A DNA stretch of 64,000 nucleotides from a virus: IMG/VR virus record IMGVR_UViG_3300027963_005443; one strand, given 5' to 3'. The notes below the pieces were generated by a model. The model searched no databases, was not told the DNA's origin, and saw only the letters and a list, made by a program, of their open reading frames with translations. Each line of letters begins with the position of its first letter. The stretch's first letter is position 1. Positions 1 through 11,700 of this stretch are shown here, one piece after another. Both the position numbers and the translations under genes were made by a program.

Positions 1-31
1 AATCCAATGGATCAGATAAATGTTTTTGCAT
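1..31 (-). CDS. 5' start of a gene running off the left edge (MQKHLSDPLD...)
   Basis: ATG at 31-29 preceded on the minus strand by GGAG (SD-like) and TATATA (57-62); open to the window edge. Confidence 0.4.
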   Translation of the reverse strand, partial: MQKHLSDPLD

Positions 32-78
32 AATTTAACTCCACTTTAAATTAAAGTATATACAAAATTTATTCAAAA

Positions 79-1992
79 TCAAGAGGGCACAACAAATTGA
101 GCACCAGTCGAGTATGCCCCTTGTCCTTCAGAGTTAATTGCTGCAACTCTGAATGTATAAGTTGAACCTAACACTAAGCTTGAAACATTTGTTGCATTCA
201 TCAGACCTCCAGATGCCACTGTTTTATAACTATAATTGATCTGGTCACGAGTATATCTTATAATATAACTATTTATTATTCTGCCTCCGTCTGATAATGG
301 TACGGCCCAGGTTATGCTAACAGATCCGGCACCGTTTGATCTCACATTTAAATTCGTTGGAGTACCAGGTAAGCCTCCTCTTGTTGAGGTTGGTGTTAAT
401 GTTGGAGTCGGCGTAAGTGTTAAAGTTGGGGTTTTAGTAAGCTTAATTGTTTTGGTTAATGTTTGAGTGGGAGTAGAAGTTGAGGTGGGCGTATTAGTTA
501 ACGTGCCGGTATTAGTTGGAGTGGGTGTGCCAGTCCTTGTTGGTGTTTGAGAACTAGTTAGGGTCGGAGTATTGGTTAAAGTTGGGGTTCTGGTCAGGGT
601 GGGGGTTCGAGAATTGGTGGTTAATGTTGGAGTTTGCGTTACACGTGTCGTCCCAGGTACAGGCCAAACTCGCATCGTTCTGGTTAAGGTTGGGGTTTTT
701 GTTAATGTAGGGGTTAATGTTGGAGTTCCAGTTAATGTGGGAGTTATAGTTAAAGTCTGGGTTTTTGTTGGAGTCTGGGTAGGCGTTTTGGTTTGGGTTA
801 GTGTTGGCGTTTTGGTGGGCGTAGGAGTTAAAGTTTTGGTGGGAGTGGGAGTATTTGTTCTAGTGAGTGTTGGTGTGCAAGGATTAACAGATATGGCACT
901 CGGGAATGGAGAGGTTGTCCTGATTATTGAGTTATTTCTATACACTGATGAGAGGACACCCCTCATTATATCCCTTTGGGATTTGGTAAACATAATCATA
1001 CAAGAGTCATCAACATAATCCATATAATTCATGTATAAACTACCACAGCCCTCGACAAGTGGAAAGAGGCCCGTGTAAAGACCATCGGTGGGATCACCAC
1101 CTGGGCTGCTCGGAAAACAGCCACCTTCTATGTTATTGAAATTAGGGAAAGAAGGGCATTCAAATGAATAGCCTTTTTGAGGCGGCAAATCAAATGGACT
1201 TGCGTCACAAACCCATCGAATATGCTTACCTGCCTCGTCTGTAACCTCGTTGTCGTTCCATGTGTGAGCAAGACCCAACCAGTGCCCAATTTCATGGGTC
1301 AATGTTCGACCTAAACCAAAAAATGTTCTTCCTTTTGGGTCAGTTGTTGGGCTATTGCGGCTGCCCACACTGTAGGATATAGCCACGACACCATCATTTC
1401 TTGCATAATTTGAGCCGTAAATTGAGTAATATGGATAATAAGCATACCCTAAAAGATCGTATCCCGTCGATGAATTACCATCAGAATTATAAGAACAAAC
1501 CCATATATTAAGAGGCTTTATGCCATTGGCAAGCGTTAATATTGGATTTATTCCCCCTTGATTAGAAAATTTCATGCTTTCATGAAGGATCCAATCAGTG
1601 CCAGTTCCGCCAGCTGAGAAAAGCTTGGTTGAACTTGCTCTTCTTATTTGATTTATTTCAAATCTTATTCCTGTTCCACTTGGTAAATAAGGAGCAAAAA
1701 CACAAGGCAAATTAACAACGTCTGGGTTGTTTCCAGAATAATCTAAATTTAACTGATTTACCTGTTCATTTAGTTTTGCATCAGTGACATTTGTCCAAGG
1801 TAAATTAGGATTAGATATTACATTAAAAACTATTGGTATGGTGACAACACTATCTGGGCTGAGAGTGACTTCTAATGCATGAATATTAGATGCTTTAAGA
1901 GTTTTTCTGAGAGTGGGATCTCTCCTAATTATTTCGTCTACTCCACATCTCCTGATGTTCTCGGATATATGGACGATTTTTTCGTTTTCCAT
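79..1992 (-). CDS. M43 (pappalysin/ulilysin-like) zinc metalloprotease + Thr/Pro linker + C-terminal FN3
   Basis: RRCG Cys-switch-like prodomain, [11 protein letters not shown] (HExxHxxGxxH), MNYMDY Met-turn, TPT repeats, FN3 motif (W..P.SDGG..I..Y.I.Y...[12 protein letters not shown]); no signal peptide visible. Confidence 0.9.
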   Translation of the reverse strand: MENEKIVHISENIRRCGVDEIIRRDPTLRKTLKASNIHALEVTLSPDSVVTIPIVFNVISNPNLPWTNVTDAKLNEQVNQLNLDYSGNNPDVVNLPCVFAPYLPSGTGIRFEINQIRRASSTKLFSAGGTGTDWILHESMKFSNQGGINPILTLANGIKPLNIWVCSYNSDGNSSTGYDLLGYAYYPYYSIYGSNYARNDGVVAISYSVGSRNSPTTDPKGRTFFGLGRTLTHEIGHWLGLAHTWNDNEVTDEAGKHIRWVCDASPFDLPPQKGYSFECPSFPNFNNIEGGCFPSSPGGDPTDGLYTGLFPLVEGCGSLYMNYMDYVDDSCMIMFTKSQRDIMRGVLSSVYRNNSIIRTTSPFPSAISVNPCTPTLTRTNTPTPTKTLTPTPTKTPTLTQTKTPTQTPTKTQTLTITPTLTGTPTLTPTLTKTPTLTRTMRVWPVPGTTRVTQTPTLTTNSRTPTLTRTPTLTNTPTLTSSQTPTRTGTPTPTNTGTLTNTPTSTSTPTQTLTKTIKLTKTPTLTLTPTPTLTPTSTRGGLPGTPTNLNVRSNGAGSVSITWAVPLSDGGRIINSYIIRYTRDQINYSYKTVASGGLMNATNVSSLVLGSTYTFRVAAINSEGQGAYSTGAQFVVPS

Positions 1993-2078
1993 AAAATATA
2001 TACGTTTTTTGTTGATTTTTTGTTATAAAACAACAAAAGATACGTCACAAGTAATGAGGGATGTGAATATCCAATATA

Positions 2079-3884
2079 TCAAGAGGTAACAAGAAATTGA
2101 AAACCAGTCGACCATCCCCCTTGTCCTTCAGAGTTAATTGCTGCGACCCTGAATGTATATGTTGAACCCACAACTAAGCTTGAAACTGTTGTTGCATTCA
2201 TCATGCCTGTAGATGCCACTGTTTTATAACTATAATTAACTTGGTCACGGGTATATCTGATAATATAACTATTTATTGTTCTGCCGCCGTCTGATAATGG
2301 TACAGCCCAGGCTATACTAACGGACCCAGCACCGTTTGATCTCACAATTAAATTCGTTGGCGTACCAGGCAAACTTCCTTTTGTTGAGGTTGGTGTCAAC
2401 GTTGGAGTCGGAGTAAGTGTTCTTGTAGTTCTAATTGTTCTTGTTAATGTTTGAGTTGGAGTAGGCGTGGATGTTGGAGTAGATGTTAAAGTTGGAGTAG
2501 GAGTTTTTGTGAGCCTGATAGTTTTAGTTAATGTTGGTGTGGGAGTAGGTGTTGATGTTGGAGTAGATGTTAAAGTTGGAGTAGGAGTTTTTGTGAGCCT
2601 GATAGTTTTAGTTAATGTTGGTGTATTAGTTAATGTTGGAGTGGATGTGCGAGTAGGAGTTAATGTTAGAGTGGATGTACGAGTAGGCGTGGGTGTCTTG
2701 GTGGGCCTTATTGTTTTGGTCAGTGTAATAGTAGGTGTACAAGGCACAGATATAGAGCTCGGGAATGGAGAAGTCACACTGATTATGGATGATTTTCTAA
2801 ACCTTGTCGAAAGGAAACCCCTCATTATGTCTCTTTGGGATTTGGTAAACATAATCATACAAGAATCATCTACATAATCCATGTAATTCATGAATAAAGT
2901 ACCGGAACCTTCAACAAGTGGAAATTTACTTACACCAAGACCGTCAGTGGTATCACCGTTTGGAGAGCTTGGAAAACAAGAGCCCTCCACGGGGTGGCCA
3001 GAAAGATTAGGGAAGGAAGGACAACCATATGATGGACCTTTTTTTGGCGGAATATCATCAGGACTCGAATTGCAAAGCCAACTGACATGGTTGCCTTGGG
3101 CGTCCCTAACCTCGTTGTCATTCCATGTGTGGGCAAGACCCAACCAGTGCCCAATTTCATGGGTTAATGTGCGACCCCTACCAAACGTGCTGGAAGTGCT
3201 ATTTGGAAAAAAGGTTGGACTATTATTGCTTCCAACGCAGTATGGCTGGACAACCACGCCATCATTTCTTAAAAAATCCGCTGAACCATCCTGAAAATCG
3301 GGGAAATAACTATATCCTAGTAAATCCGGATCGCTGCTTATTAGTCCATCATTATTAAAAAGACAAACCCATATATTAAGAGGCTTTATATTATTAGGAA
3401 GTATTAATATCGGATTAAGTCCGGCCGGTTCATACTTCATACTTTCTTGAAGAGCCCAATTGCCAAAAAAGTTGCCGCTCGAAAATATAAGTGTATTTGA
3501 GACTTTTCTTCTTATTTGATTTATTTCAAATCTTATTCCTGTTCCACTTGGTAAATAAGGAGCAAAAACACAAGGCAAATTAACAACATCTGGGTTGTTT
3601 CCGGAATAATCTAAATTTAACTGATTTACTTGTTCATTTAGTTTTGCATCAGTGACATTTGTCCAAGCTAAATTAGGATTAGATATTACATTAAAAACTA
3701 TTGGTATGGTAACAACACTATCTGAGCTTATCGGACCCCTAGATCTTAATGCCTCAATTTGGTTTAAATTTGCAATAAGGCGGGGATCATTTTTAGCCAT
3801 ATAGGCGGCTCCGCATTTTCTTTCTTTGGAGATGCGGATTTCTTTTCCATCAAGCATAGCGATAATTTGTTTGTTGTTTTCCAT
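2079..3884 (-). CDS. M43 zinc metalloprotease paralog + Thr/Pro linker + FN3
   Basis: Same motifs ([23 protein letters not shown]3); long near-identical nucleotide stretches shared with 79..1992. Confidence 0.9.
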   Translation of the reverse strand: MENNKQIIAMLDGKEIRISKERKCGAAYMAKNDPRLIANLNQIEALRSRGPISSDSVVTIPIVFNVISNPNLAWTNVTDAKLNEQVNQLNLDYSGNNPDVVNLPCVFAPYLPSGTGIRFEINQIRRKVSNTLIFSSGNFFGNWALQESMKYEPAGLNPILILPNNIKPLNIWVCLFNNDGLISSDPDLLGYSYFPDFQDGSADFLRNDGVVVQPYCVGSNNSPTFFPNSTSSTFGRGRTLTHEIGHWLGLAHTWNDNEVRDAQGNHVSWLCNSSPDDIPPKKGPSYGCPSFPNLSGHPVEGSCFPSSPNGDTTDGLGVSKFPLVEGSGTLFMNYMDYVDDSCMIMFTKSQRDIMRGFLSTRFRKSSIISVTSPFPSSISVPCTPTITLTKTIRPTKTPTPTRTSTLTLTPTRTSTPTLTNTPTLTKTIRLTKTPTPTLTSTPTSTPTPTPTLTKTIRLTKTPTPTLTSTPTSTPTPTQTLTRTIRTTRTLTPTPTLTPTSTKGSLPGTPTNLIVRSNGAGSVSIAWAVPLSDGGRTINSYIIRYTRDQVNYSYKTVASTGMMNATTVSSLVVGSTYTFRVAAINSEGQGGWSTGFQFLVTS

Positions 3885-3997
3885 AAAAGTATATATTCTA
3901 ATTTATTGATTTTTAATCAAGTAAACCATACCTATGACCGGGTGGGCCGCTAAATATGACACTCATCGGGCGGCACACAAATGTAATGCAGAATTTA

Positions 3998-4025
3998 TTG
4001 ATTTTTAAATTAACCCATGTATAAT
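3998..4025 (+). promoter_or_regulatory. sigma70-like promoter
   Basis: TTGATT-16 bp-TATAAT, followed by AAGGAG SD and ATG at 4043. Confidence 0.6.
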
Positions 4026-4042
4026 ACGAAAAAGGAGATATT

Positions 4043-4330
4043 ATGAGCAATTTATACAGGGAAACATTAAACAATATAATTGCGGCTGATGATCTGCATT
4101 GGAATGAAATTGAAAAAAAATATACTGCTTTATCTATGGATGAGCTCGATTCGATACTCTCAAATTGTATTGATCAAGGAATAACCGACGAAGACAGCAT
4201 GATAAAAATTGTTGCATGGGCAACAAACGCCAGAGTGGGAGCCTTATTATTAAAAAACTTTTTAGAAAATAAAGTAAAAATAAGTGTCGACAAAGAAGGC
4301 GAAACATATTTTAATAAAAAAAATAATTAA
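4043..4330 (+). CDS. hypothetical protein
   Basis: 95-aa ORF with promoter and strong SD; stop abuts next start. Confidence 0.7.
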   Translation: MSNLYRETLNNIIAADDLHWNEIEKKYTALSMDELDSILSNCIDQGITDEDSMIKIVAWATNARVGALLLKNFLENKVKISVDKEGETYFNKKNN

Positions 4331-5265
4331 TGCATATTTTTATAGAAACAAATTTAGATTGGCAATATCCAGCATTAACGGAAAAACAAGCATTCAACAA
4401 TCACATCTATATCAAAGATGAAGAAAATATATACCTAGCTTTTCCATGGGCAACTCTTATCGATAATTTAACTCATTCAAAAGAAGGAATAAACTTAAAA
4501 AAATATAGAGAACTCATATTTGAAAAAATAAAAAAATTCAAAGGTAAAAAAATTCATACGGTTTGTCAGCATATTAGCTGGAGATATATTGAGAATCTTT
4601 GGAAAGAAATAGGAGTGTCAGATGTTCATCTATCACACTGCGAAAAGAACAATCGATCAGACAAATTTAATTTTCATTCCTGGCCATTGATAGCAGTTAA
4701 TTATGAGAACCTAGACCGGCGGGAAGGATTGATAATAAAAAATAATAAAGATAAAAAATATATAACATCTTTTATAGGATCAAATTCAAAACAATACAGG
4801 TCAGATATTAGATTGAAATTAAAAGAATATTTAGAAGGAGTCGATGGAACTCTTTACGAATTAAAAGAAAGATGGTTTTATCACAAAATAGTATATGGAA
4901 AACAAATCAAAAAAGAAGAGCTAGAAGAATCTTATTTAGAGGAATATAAAAAAAACACAAAAAAATACAACGAGATACTATCGGATACAATATTCTCTTT
5001 GTGTCCAGAGGGTACTGGGCCAAATACTCTAAGATTATGGGAGAGTATGTCTATAGGTTCTATACCAGTTATTTTTTCAGATGAGTGGCAGCCTCCGATT
5101 ATAAAAGAATTTAATTGGGAAGATATTGCAGTATTCATAAAGAGAGAAGAGGCTATCAATACATTGGAAATACTAAAATCTTATAATAATGAAAAAATAG
5201 AATTCATGAAAAATAATTGTTTATTAGCTTATTATAAATTTTCAAAAATGAGGTGTTTTGGATGA
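4330..5265 (+). CDS. exostosin-family (GT47-like) glycosyltransferase
   Basis: C-terminal FSLCPEGTGPNTLRLWESMSIGSIPVIFSD matches the exostosin motif. Confidence 0.8.
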   Translation: MHIFIETNLDWQYPALTEKQAFNNHIYIKDEENIYLAFPWATLIDNLTHSKEGINLKKYRELIFEKIKKFKGKKIHTVCQHISWRYIENLWKEIGVSDVHLSHCEKNNRSDKFNFHSWPLIAVNYENLDRREGLIIKNNKDKKYITSFIGSNSKQYRSDIRLKLKEYLEGVDGTLYELKERWFYHKIVYGKQIKKEELEESYLEEYKKNTKKYNEILSDTIFSLCPEGTGPNTLRLWESMSIGSIPVIFSDEWQPPIIKEFNWEDIAVFIKREEAINTLEILKSYNNEKIEFMKNNCLLAYYKFSKMRCFG

Positions 5266-5924
5266 AATTAGATTTTTACACCTCGTTTAACCCAAGAGAT
5301 GTTGGGCAACAATATAAGAGCTGGCTACTTTTTGCAAATAAAATATATGCAGTACAGGACCCATCAGAAAACATAGAGGTTAACTGTGAAAAGATATATA
5401 ATAAGGCCGCTGATTTTGATGGAAAAAAATTCCAAAGAATTAGAGATTTAATAAGAATAGGACAAAGCCGGTCAGAATATTTTTGCATAATAAACAGCGA
5501 TATAAAGATTCAGCAAAATCAAGAAAATTGGAATAAGATAACAAGCAAGTTAGATGAAAACTCTATAGTTGTCGGACACAAATATGATTACGACGAAGGA
5601 AAAAACCCAGTTCTAAACTGGCATGGTTTAGATTTCTTTATCTTAAATAAAAAGATTGTTTTTGATAATGATAAGTTCTTAATGGGCCAATGTGCATGGG
5701 ATTGGTATCTGTTATATATATCTACCAAACAAAATCTAGATGTGTACTTAATAGATTTTCCATTTTTATTTCATAAAATGCATAGTCCTTACTGGAATAT
5801 TAATAAGAACAATTATTTAACAGCGCAAGATTGGTTTCAAGAAGCAACAGGCATTGACAGAAAAGAAAAATTCATAAAATTCAATTTAAATAGGTATTTA
5901 ATAAACAAATGCAAAAATATATAA
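5262..5924 (+). CDS. hypothetical protein, possible GT-A-like glycosyltransferase
   Basis: Start moved to ATG 5262 (GAGGTG SD, ATGA overlap); IINSDI (NxD-like) and GQCAWDW motifs; in operon with glycosyltransferase. Confidence 0.5.
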   Translation: MKLDFYTSFNPRDVGQQYKSWLLFANKIYAVQDPSENIEVNCEKIYNKAADFDGKKFQRIRDLIRIGQSRSEYFCIINSDIKIQQNQENWNKITSKLDENSIVVGHKYDYDEGKNPVLNWHGLDFFILNKKIVFDNDKFLMGQCAWDWYLLYISTKQNLDVYLIDFPFLFHKMHSPYWNINKNNYLTAQDWFQEATGIDRKEKFIKFNLNRYLINKCKNI

Positions 5925-6769
5925 ACGATTTCGTAGATGCAAGCACATATCTTTCTTCAAAATTCAATAATGAAGAACCATTTGCTGCCGGCAAAATAGG
6001 ATGCAATGAATTAAGATGTGTAAAAAACTATTTTGAATATTATGAAAAGGGGCAAGAGCCGGTCTGGACAGAAGAAGTTGAATATAAGACATATTATCAA
6101 AATGGTATTTTTCCACAAACGACAGAAGCAAAAGTCAGCTTTATAAACGAATTAATTCATTGCATTAAAGATATGGATTGCCTTTCACTTTGGTCTCCAT
6201 ACGACATCGAATACGAAAAAAGATTTATAGAAGAATATTCGCCAAATTCTACTTTAGTGCCACTGAGAAGTTTGGAACCATATTACTCAGGAATTCCTTG
6301 GACACAAAATCTAAAAGATAAAAAAGTTTTGGTTGTAACTAGTTTCCCGGAAACAATCAGAAACCAATATAATAAAAGAGAAGTTCTATGGGAAGATAAA
6401 AGAATTTTGCCTAAATTTGATTTAATCACATTGAGTCATCAGCACTCTCCCGGTGTTGGAGAGCCAAGTAAATATAAAGATTGGTCTGAGATGATAGCAT
6501 ACATGAAAGAGCAAATGAACGCCATAGACTATGATGTGGCATTAATCGGTACCGGTGCCAGCTCACTACCTCTTGTGTCTTTCTCTAAAACTAGTGGAAA
6601 AAAAGCAATTCATCTTGGAGGAGCATTGCAAATACTTTTCGGAATAGCGGGATCTAGGTGGGATAGTAAAATTATTGGACAAGTATTTTACAATAAACAT
6701 TGGGCTCGTGTATTAGAAAAAGAGACCCCAAAAAAATATAAAATGGTCGAGAACGGTGCTTACTGGTGA
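5909..6769 (+). CDS. conserved hypothetical protein of glycan-synthesis loci (possible glycosyltransferase)
   Basis: DYDVALIGTGA...AIHLGGALQILFGI motif, which I recognise from hypothetical proteins next to glycosyltransferases; operonic overlap. Confidence 0.55.
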   Translation: MQKYINDFVDASTYLSSKFNNEEPFAAGKIGCNELRCVKNYFEYYEKGQEPVWTEEVEYKTYYQNGIFPQTTEAKVSFINELIHCIKDMDCLSLWSPYDIEYEKRFIEEYSPNSTLVPLRSLEPYYSGIPWTQNLKDKKVLVVTSFPETIRNQYNKREVLWEDKRILPKFDLITLSHQHSPGVGEPSKYKDWSEMIAYMKEQMNAIDYDVALIGTGASSLPLVSFSKTSGKKAIHLGGALQILFGIAGSRWDSKIIGQVFYNKHWARVLEKETPKKYKMVENGAYW

Positions 6770-7092
6770 TTGAAGACCTCTTTAAGATAATAAGTATTGT
6801 GATATTTTATTATATTCATATAATATTCTAAGTTATTTTTAGGATCGGTAAAACCTTTACCGATAATTAAACCATTTTCTGGGTTCGGCAGAAACCCGCC
6901 GATTTCAAAAAATTTAGAATAGTTATTGACAAGCAATAAACCATACTTATCAATAAGTAAAATATCTCCATTCTTTAAATCAATCTCAGTATAAATTTCA
7001 CAATTAAGAAGATTTGAAATTTGTCTAATATCACCTGACAAGTATATTTCAGATAATTCTTCTTCTCTGCTGCTGATCAAGTATGCTATCAT
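6760..7092 (-). CDS. DUF3846-like small phage protein
   Basis: NGDILLIDKYGLL...NGLIIG resembles the DUF3846 pattern; own sigma70-like promoter. Confidence 0.5.
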   Translation of the reverse strand: MIAYLISSREEELSEIYLSGDIRQISNLLNCEIYTEIDLKNGDILLIDKYGLLLVNNYSKFFEIGGFLPNPENGLIIGKGFTDPKNNLEYYMNIIKYHNTYYLKEVFNHQ

Positions 7093-7101
7093 CTATTAAT
7101 A

Positions 7102-7130
7102 ATTATAGATGATATGGGCAAAAAAATCAA
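7102..7130 (-). promoter_or_regulatory. sigma70-like promoter
   Basis: Minus strand TTGATT-17 bp-TATAAT, 9 nt upstream of ATG 7092. Confidence 0.65.
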
Positions 7131-7134
7131 TAAA

Positions 7135-7163
7135 AACCCTCTCATTTTTTAGACGAGAGGGTT
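7135..7163 (-). terminator. intrinsic terminator
   Basis: AACCCTCTC/GAGAGGGTT 9-bp stem followed by TTTATT on the minus strand, downstream of the long minus-strand operon. Confidence 0.65.
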
Positions 7164-7202
7164 AAATAAAAATAAAATTAAAAGGATATGTCATCCAATA
7201 AA

Positions 7203-7367
7203 TTATTCTTGGTTATTCTTTTCTTCAAGTTTAATTTTTTCTTCTAATAATTTATTGAGTTTTGAAATCTCTTCATACACAAAACTTGGATTATCGCAAA
7301 ATTCAGAACAAATATAACTTCTATGGTCGGCAATTAAGTTTTTGATGTCTTGAATTGTTTTTTGCAT
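7203..7367 (-). CDS. small hypothetical protein (54 aa, MQKTIQDIKNLIADH...)
   Basis: Read manually; ATG 1 nt after the upstream stop; below ORF-track cutoff. Confidence 0.55.
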   Translation of the reverse strand: MQKTIQDIKNLIADHRSYICSEFCDNPSFVYEEISKLNKLLEEKIKLEEKNNQE

Positions 7368-7368
7368 A

Positions 7369-8736
7369 TTAATTTATATTAGTTAAACCAGTAGTTTTCG
7401 TGAATCCAACTTGGTAGTAAGTTTTTCCGCCATACACTAAGATTGTCTGGCTAGATTTAATATTACCCGGATCTGTTGTGACTGCACTGCCAGTGAAGGC
7501 TCCGGTTGTTGATGTCGGTAGTGCTGTATTATAGGTTCCATCCCATGCACGTATATTCATCTCAGAGGCAACTCTATCTATCCTAGAGGCCAGTCCTATG
7601 GTACCATTTCCAGCAAAAACTAAACCTATTATTTTCCTGACCCCGGATATATCTGCAAGTAATGCCGAACCAGAATCTCCCCCTAAGGACGTTCCATTGC
7701 TACCATCTTCATAGCCATATTCTATCAAGTCTCCCCACACAGTAATATCGGCCTCTTCTCCTACGTTCGAGACATTAGACCAACCACCAATTGATCTTAC
7801 ACGAAGTCTACATGTTGCTGTGTCAGCGTATCCCTTCGGACCAGTGGTTCTTCCAGTGCTGTATAATCTTGGATTAGTGTTCAATAAGTTATCTATTTCT
7901 GAAGTTGTAGCAAAATCTAGAAATCCTGCGTAGTCTGTTGTTCCTATCGGCTGCCATACTTTATAAGAAGCAGAAGAAGATATCGCACCAGGATCCATAA
8001 CCATTAAAGCAACATCTGAATAATTGTATGTGGGCGATGGTGCCACAGGTTGATATCTCTTAATAAAAGGACAAACAATTCTCACAGATGAACCAGAGTT
8101 AATTAAGGTTATAGCGCCCGGGTTATGGTTCTTATTGTCCAAAATCCAGTTTCTTGGTTCGAATGTATTATACGCATCTGAGTTCTCAGTAGCCCAATTT
8201 CTGTTTGTGGCAAAATATCTTCTATGACAAACAACGTGACTATTTGTGACACCAACTATCTTGTTGTCAATGTTATCTACACAAAAAAAACCAAGCGTTC
8301 CCAAACTAGCATAATATGAGTTGCCCACATTAGACCACGATGTTGGGTATTGAACTATTTCTTGCCCACCCCTCATAGGCAATAATGCAGACCCACCGTT
8401 TGGCCAAGGAGCCAGTCTTGTTATATCTTGAACAGTTGGACAAGGATTTGTATTTGCATTAGCGGAATTACAATAACAAGAAACAAATTCTGCTCTTTTG
8501 GCCTCCATCACATCAGTGAGATAATATTGATCTCCGGCTTTTATTGTCTTTGGCAGTATCTGATCACTAGGCAGGTCGGTTTCTGGTATCTTAGCATCAA
8601 CATTAAAAACAATACCTATCACATTTGTTTTTAGGCCATTTTTATATTTATATCCCAAAGATACTCCGTGAATATTATCAGGTGTTTCACGATGTAATCT
8701 TTCTATTTCTTTTTTTAATTCTTCTGTTAGTTGCAT
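7369..8736 (-). CDS. Nal1-like trypsin-fold (S1) serine protease
   Basis: Nal1-type N-domain (GVSLGYKYKNG..IVFNV..KIP...ILPKTI...TDVME); triad TNSHV / DVAL / GDSGS. Confidence 0.8.
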   Translation of the reverse strand: MQLTEELKKEIERLHRETPDNIHGVSLGYKYKNGLKTNVIGIVFNVDAKIPETDLPSDQILPKTIKAGDQYYLTDVMEAKRAEFVSCYCNSANANTNPCPTVQDITRLAPWPNGGSALLPMRGGQEIVQYPTSWSNVGNSYYASLGTLGFFCVDNIDNKIVGVTNSHVVCHRRYFATNRNWATENSDAYNTFEPRNWILDNKNHNPGAITLINSGSSVRIVCPFIKRYQPVAPSPTYNYSDVALMVMDPGAISSSASYKVWQPIGTTDYAGFLDFATTSEIDNLLNTNPRLYSTGRTTGPKGYADTATCRLRVRSIGGWSNVSNVGEEADITVWGDLIEYGYEDGSNGTSLGGDSGSALLADISGVRKIIGLVFAGNGTIGLASRIDRVASEMNIRAWDGTYNTALPTSTTGAFTGSAVTTDPGNIKSSQTILVYGGKTYYQVGFTKTTGLTNIN

Positions 8737-8749
8737 AGTTTTACCTCGA

Positions 8750-11700
8750 TTATACGAAAGAAACCCAGAGAACTTTCAAACTTGGATTTGCTGCAGATGG
8801 AGTTTGAGTTCTTGTCAATGTTGGTGTCAAAGTTGGTGTGTTAGTAGATGTTCTTGTTAAAGTTGGTGTGTTAGTAGATGTTCTTGTTAAAGTTGGTGTG
8901 TTAGTAGATGTTCTTGTTAAAGTTGGTGTGTTAGTAGATGTTCTTGTTAAAGTTGGTGTGTTACTAGATGTTCTTGTTAAAGTTGGTGTGTTAGTCGGGT
9001 TATTTGATGTCGTGGTATTTGTTACAGTTGGTGTTAAGGTTGGTGTTAAGGTTGGGGTTGATGTCCCAGTTGGAGTCAAGGTTGGAGTATTTGTGAAAGT
9101 TGAAGTTGGCGTTTGTGTTAAAGCGGGATTTATTAAAGTAGATGTAGATGTCTTTGTGATTGTTGGAGTTGAAGTTAATGTAGAAGTATTGGTTGGGGCT
9201 GGTGCCTGTGTGGGGGTGGGAGTTAAAGTCTTGGTTGGGGTAATAGTCGGGGTTGGAGTAGGAGTGTTTGTTGCTAATAAAGCGCAATTATTCCAATTAA
9301 TTGTAGATGTAATAACAGAGCGAGAGGTGTTATGATCCCATAGAGTGCCTACCTGAATAAGGGCAGCAGTAACTCTAAATCGGTGATCTCCTAGAGCTTT
9401 ACTTATTTGAAAAGTGCGGGATACCCTGGGTATGGTGCCCAGATTGGGGCCACTATAAAGACTTGCAAAAAATGAATCTTTCTCAACCCAATTAGAGCCT
9501 GGGTCTTCGGCATTGTACATTGCTTCTATGACATAAACAGTCATCCAGTTAGGTATATTACACAAATAAGTTGGATATTCCCAAGAAATTGAAGCCAATA
9601 CTGATGAGGAAGTGTCTCCCGGGTTTACACATTCTATGGCTATGTTCTGTGGGATTTCCGGCAGACATAACGGAGAGATTGTTGTTGTCGTTGTTGTTGT
9701 TGGGGAAATAGTAGTAGTTGTCGTAGTAGAAGGAGAGACTGTTGTGGTTGGAATAGAGGTGGTTATTTCATCATATTCACAATCTATACTTAAAAATAAA
9801 CTACTAGGTATATCTTCTATACTATTTATAGAACAATAAGATTGCGGAGCAGGAGTTGTAGTTGTTGGTCTGGTCCAAGGATCCTCTGGTGAGCAGCCTG
9901 AGATTTTTCCATGAAATATTGGAAGATTAATTATTTCTTGTTGCGTGTAATATTCAGCAAATAACTTAATTTTAGAAACTCTATTGCCGATATTTTCAAC
10001 AGCGGTAATATCATCGTCTACAAACAACCATATATTATCATTCAACACTACATTGCCTACCGTGTCTGTAAATTCAAATTGTTTAATTTTATTTAAAAAT
10101 ACAAAAACATTTTTAGTGTTTTTGTTTCTGGTGATGATTAATTGGTTGTAGTCATTAACTTTGAGTTCGGTTTGACCTACATAACCTCCTGGCACATATG
10201 ATATATAAAGATTTGCTCCATTATCATATATATAAATTCCATTATCTGAAGATTTGCCTTTAAAATCTATTAATTTACCAAATGTTGTGTTGTCTGGCTC
10301 TGGTTTGAATACCAACTCGAGGGTGTATTCTTCCATGTTGCAAGAACATGGCATTATAGTTGGTGTTGGAGTTAAGCCAAACGTTCTTGTGAGAGTTGGA
10401 GTTGGATTTGGCCCCGATGACCTAGTTAGGGTTGGGGTATGGGTTTGAGTTTTTGTTAAAGTTGGAGTCGAAGTAAGTGTCGGAGTCGAAGTTGGAGTTT
10501 TTGTCAACCATCTTGTTGTTGACGGAGTCGGAGTTAGAGTTGGCGTTAAAGTTAGAGTAGAAGTAAGAGTTTTTGTTAAGGTTGGAGTTGAAGTAAGAGT
10601 TTTTGTTAAGGTTGGGGTTTTTGTTAAAGTTGGAGTCGAAGTAAGTGTAGGGGTTAAAGTAAGTGTTGGAGTTAAAGTAAGAGTAGAGGTTGAAGTTATA
10701 GTTTGAGTTAAAGTTAAGGTAGGAGTTGAGGTGGGCGTTGGAGTAAGTGTTGGAGTCGAAGTGAGTGTTTGAGTAAGTGTTGGAGTCGAAGTGAGTGTTT
10801 GAGTAAGTGTTGGAGTCGAAGTGAGTGTTTGAGTAAGTGTTGGAGTCGAAGTAAGCGTTCTTGTTAAATTGGGCGTAGAAGTAAGCGTTCTTGTTAAATT
10901 GGGCGTAGAAGTAAGCGTTCTTGTTAAAGTTGGAGTTAAAGTTGGAGTTGAAGTTGGAGTTGAAGTAAGTGTCGGGGTTGAAGTTAGAGTTTGAGTTAAA
11001 GTTAAGGTAGGAGTTGAGGTAGGTGTTGGAGTTGAAGTTAGTGTGGTAGTTGAAGTAAGCGTTGAAGTTGAAGTAAGCGTTGGAGTTGGAGTTAAAGTTG
11101 GAACTAAATTAGAACCACAAACCTCAATATTATCTATTGCAGAAAAACACTCTGCTGTTGGGCTCCCATTGCGAGGATCCCAAACTAATGAATTAGTTGG
11201 CGCTCGGAATACGACTCTTGTTGATGAAGAAGTTGCAGTAAATTGAAATGATTTACGCACCCATCCTAAACTTTCATAAGTATCGCCCGTAACTACATTG
11301 TCTATATTAAAAGTTCTCTTCAACATGCCATTTGGGCCAACCCCCGGAGAAATCACTGCCTCTAAAGATCTGGTTGGGTTTAAATCGTTGTAACCGGGTG
11401 TGCAACCCATATCAAAAGAACATGTATATGTATTCCCTGTAACTGTTGGTATTATTTGATACAAATAAGGCCTATTGGCAGAATACGCAAAACCAACAAA
11501 TCTATTATTTGATAACAAATTACTGCAATAGTTAAAAGAAAACATCTGGGCGTTGTTGTACAAATACCATGGGGGTGCCGCTTGAAATTCTGTTCTATTG
11601 TCATAACCAATATTGTTTACACATCTACCGTCCAAAGATGATGGCAAACTAAAATCTCCATTAACAATTAGATTCACACAAGGAACCAAGGTTTGAGTTG

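Noticed and set aside
8829-8995. 30-bp repeats (also ~10730-10860 and 24-bp repeats at 54385-54610) resembling a CRISPR array
   Set aside because: Head-to-tail with no unique spacers, in-frame within ORFs, no cas genes
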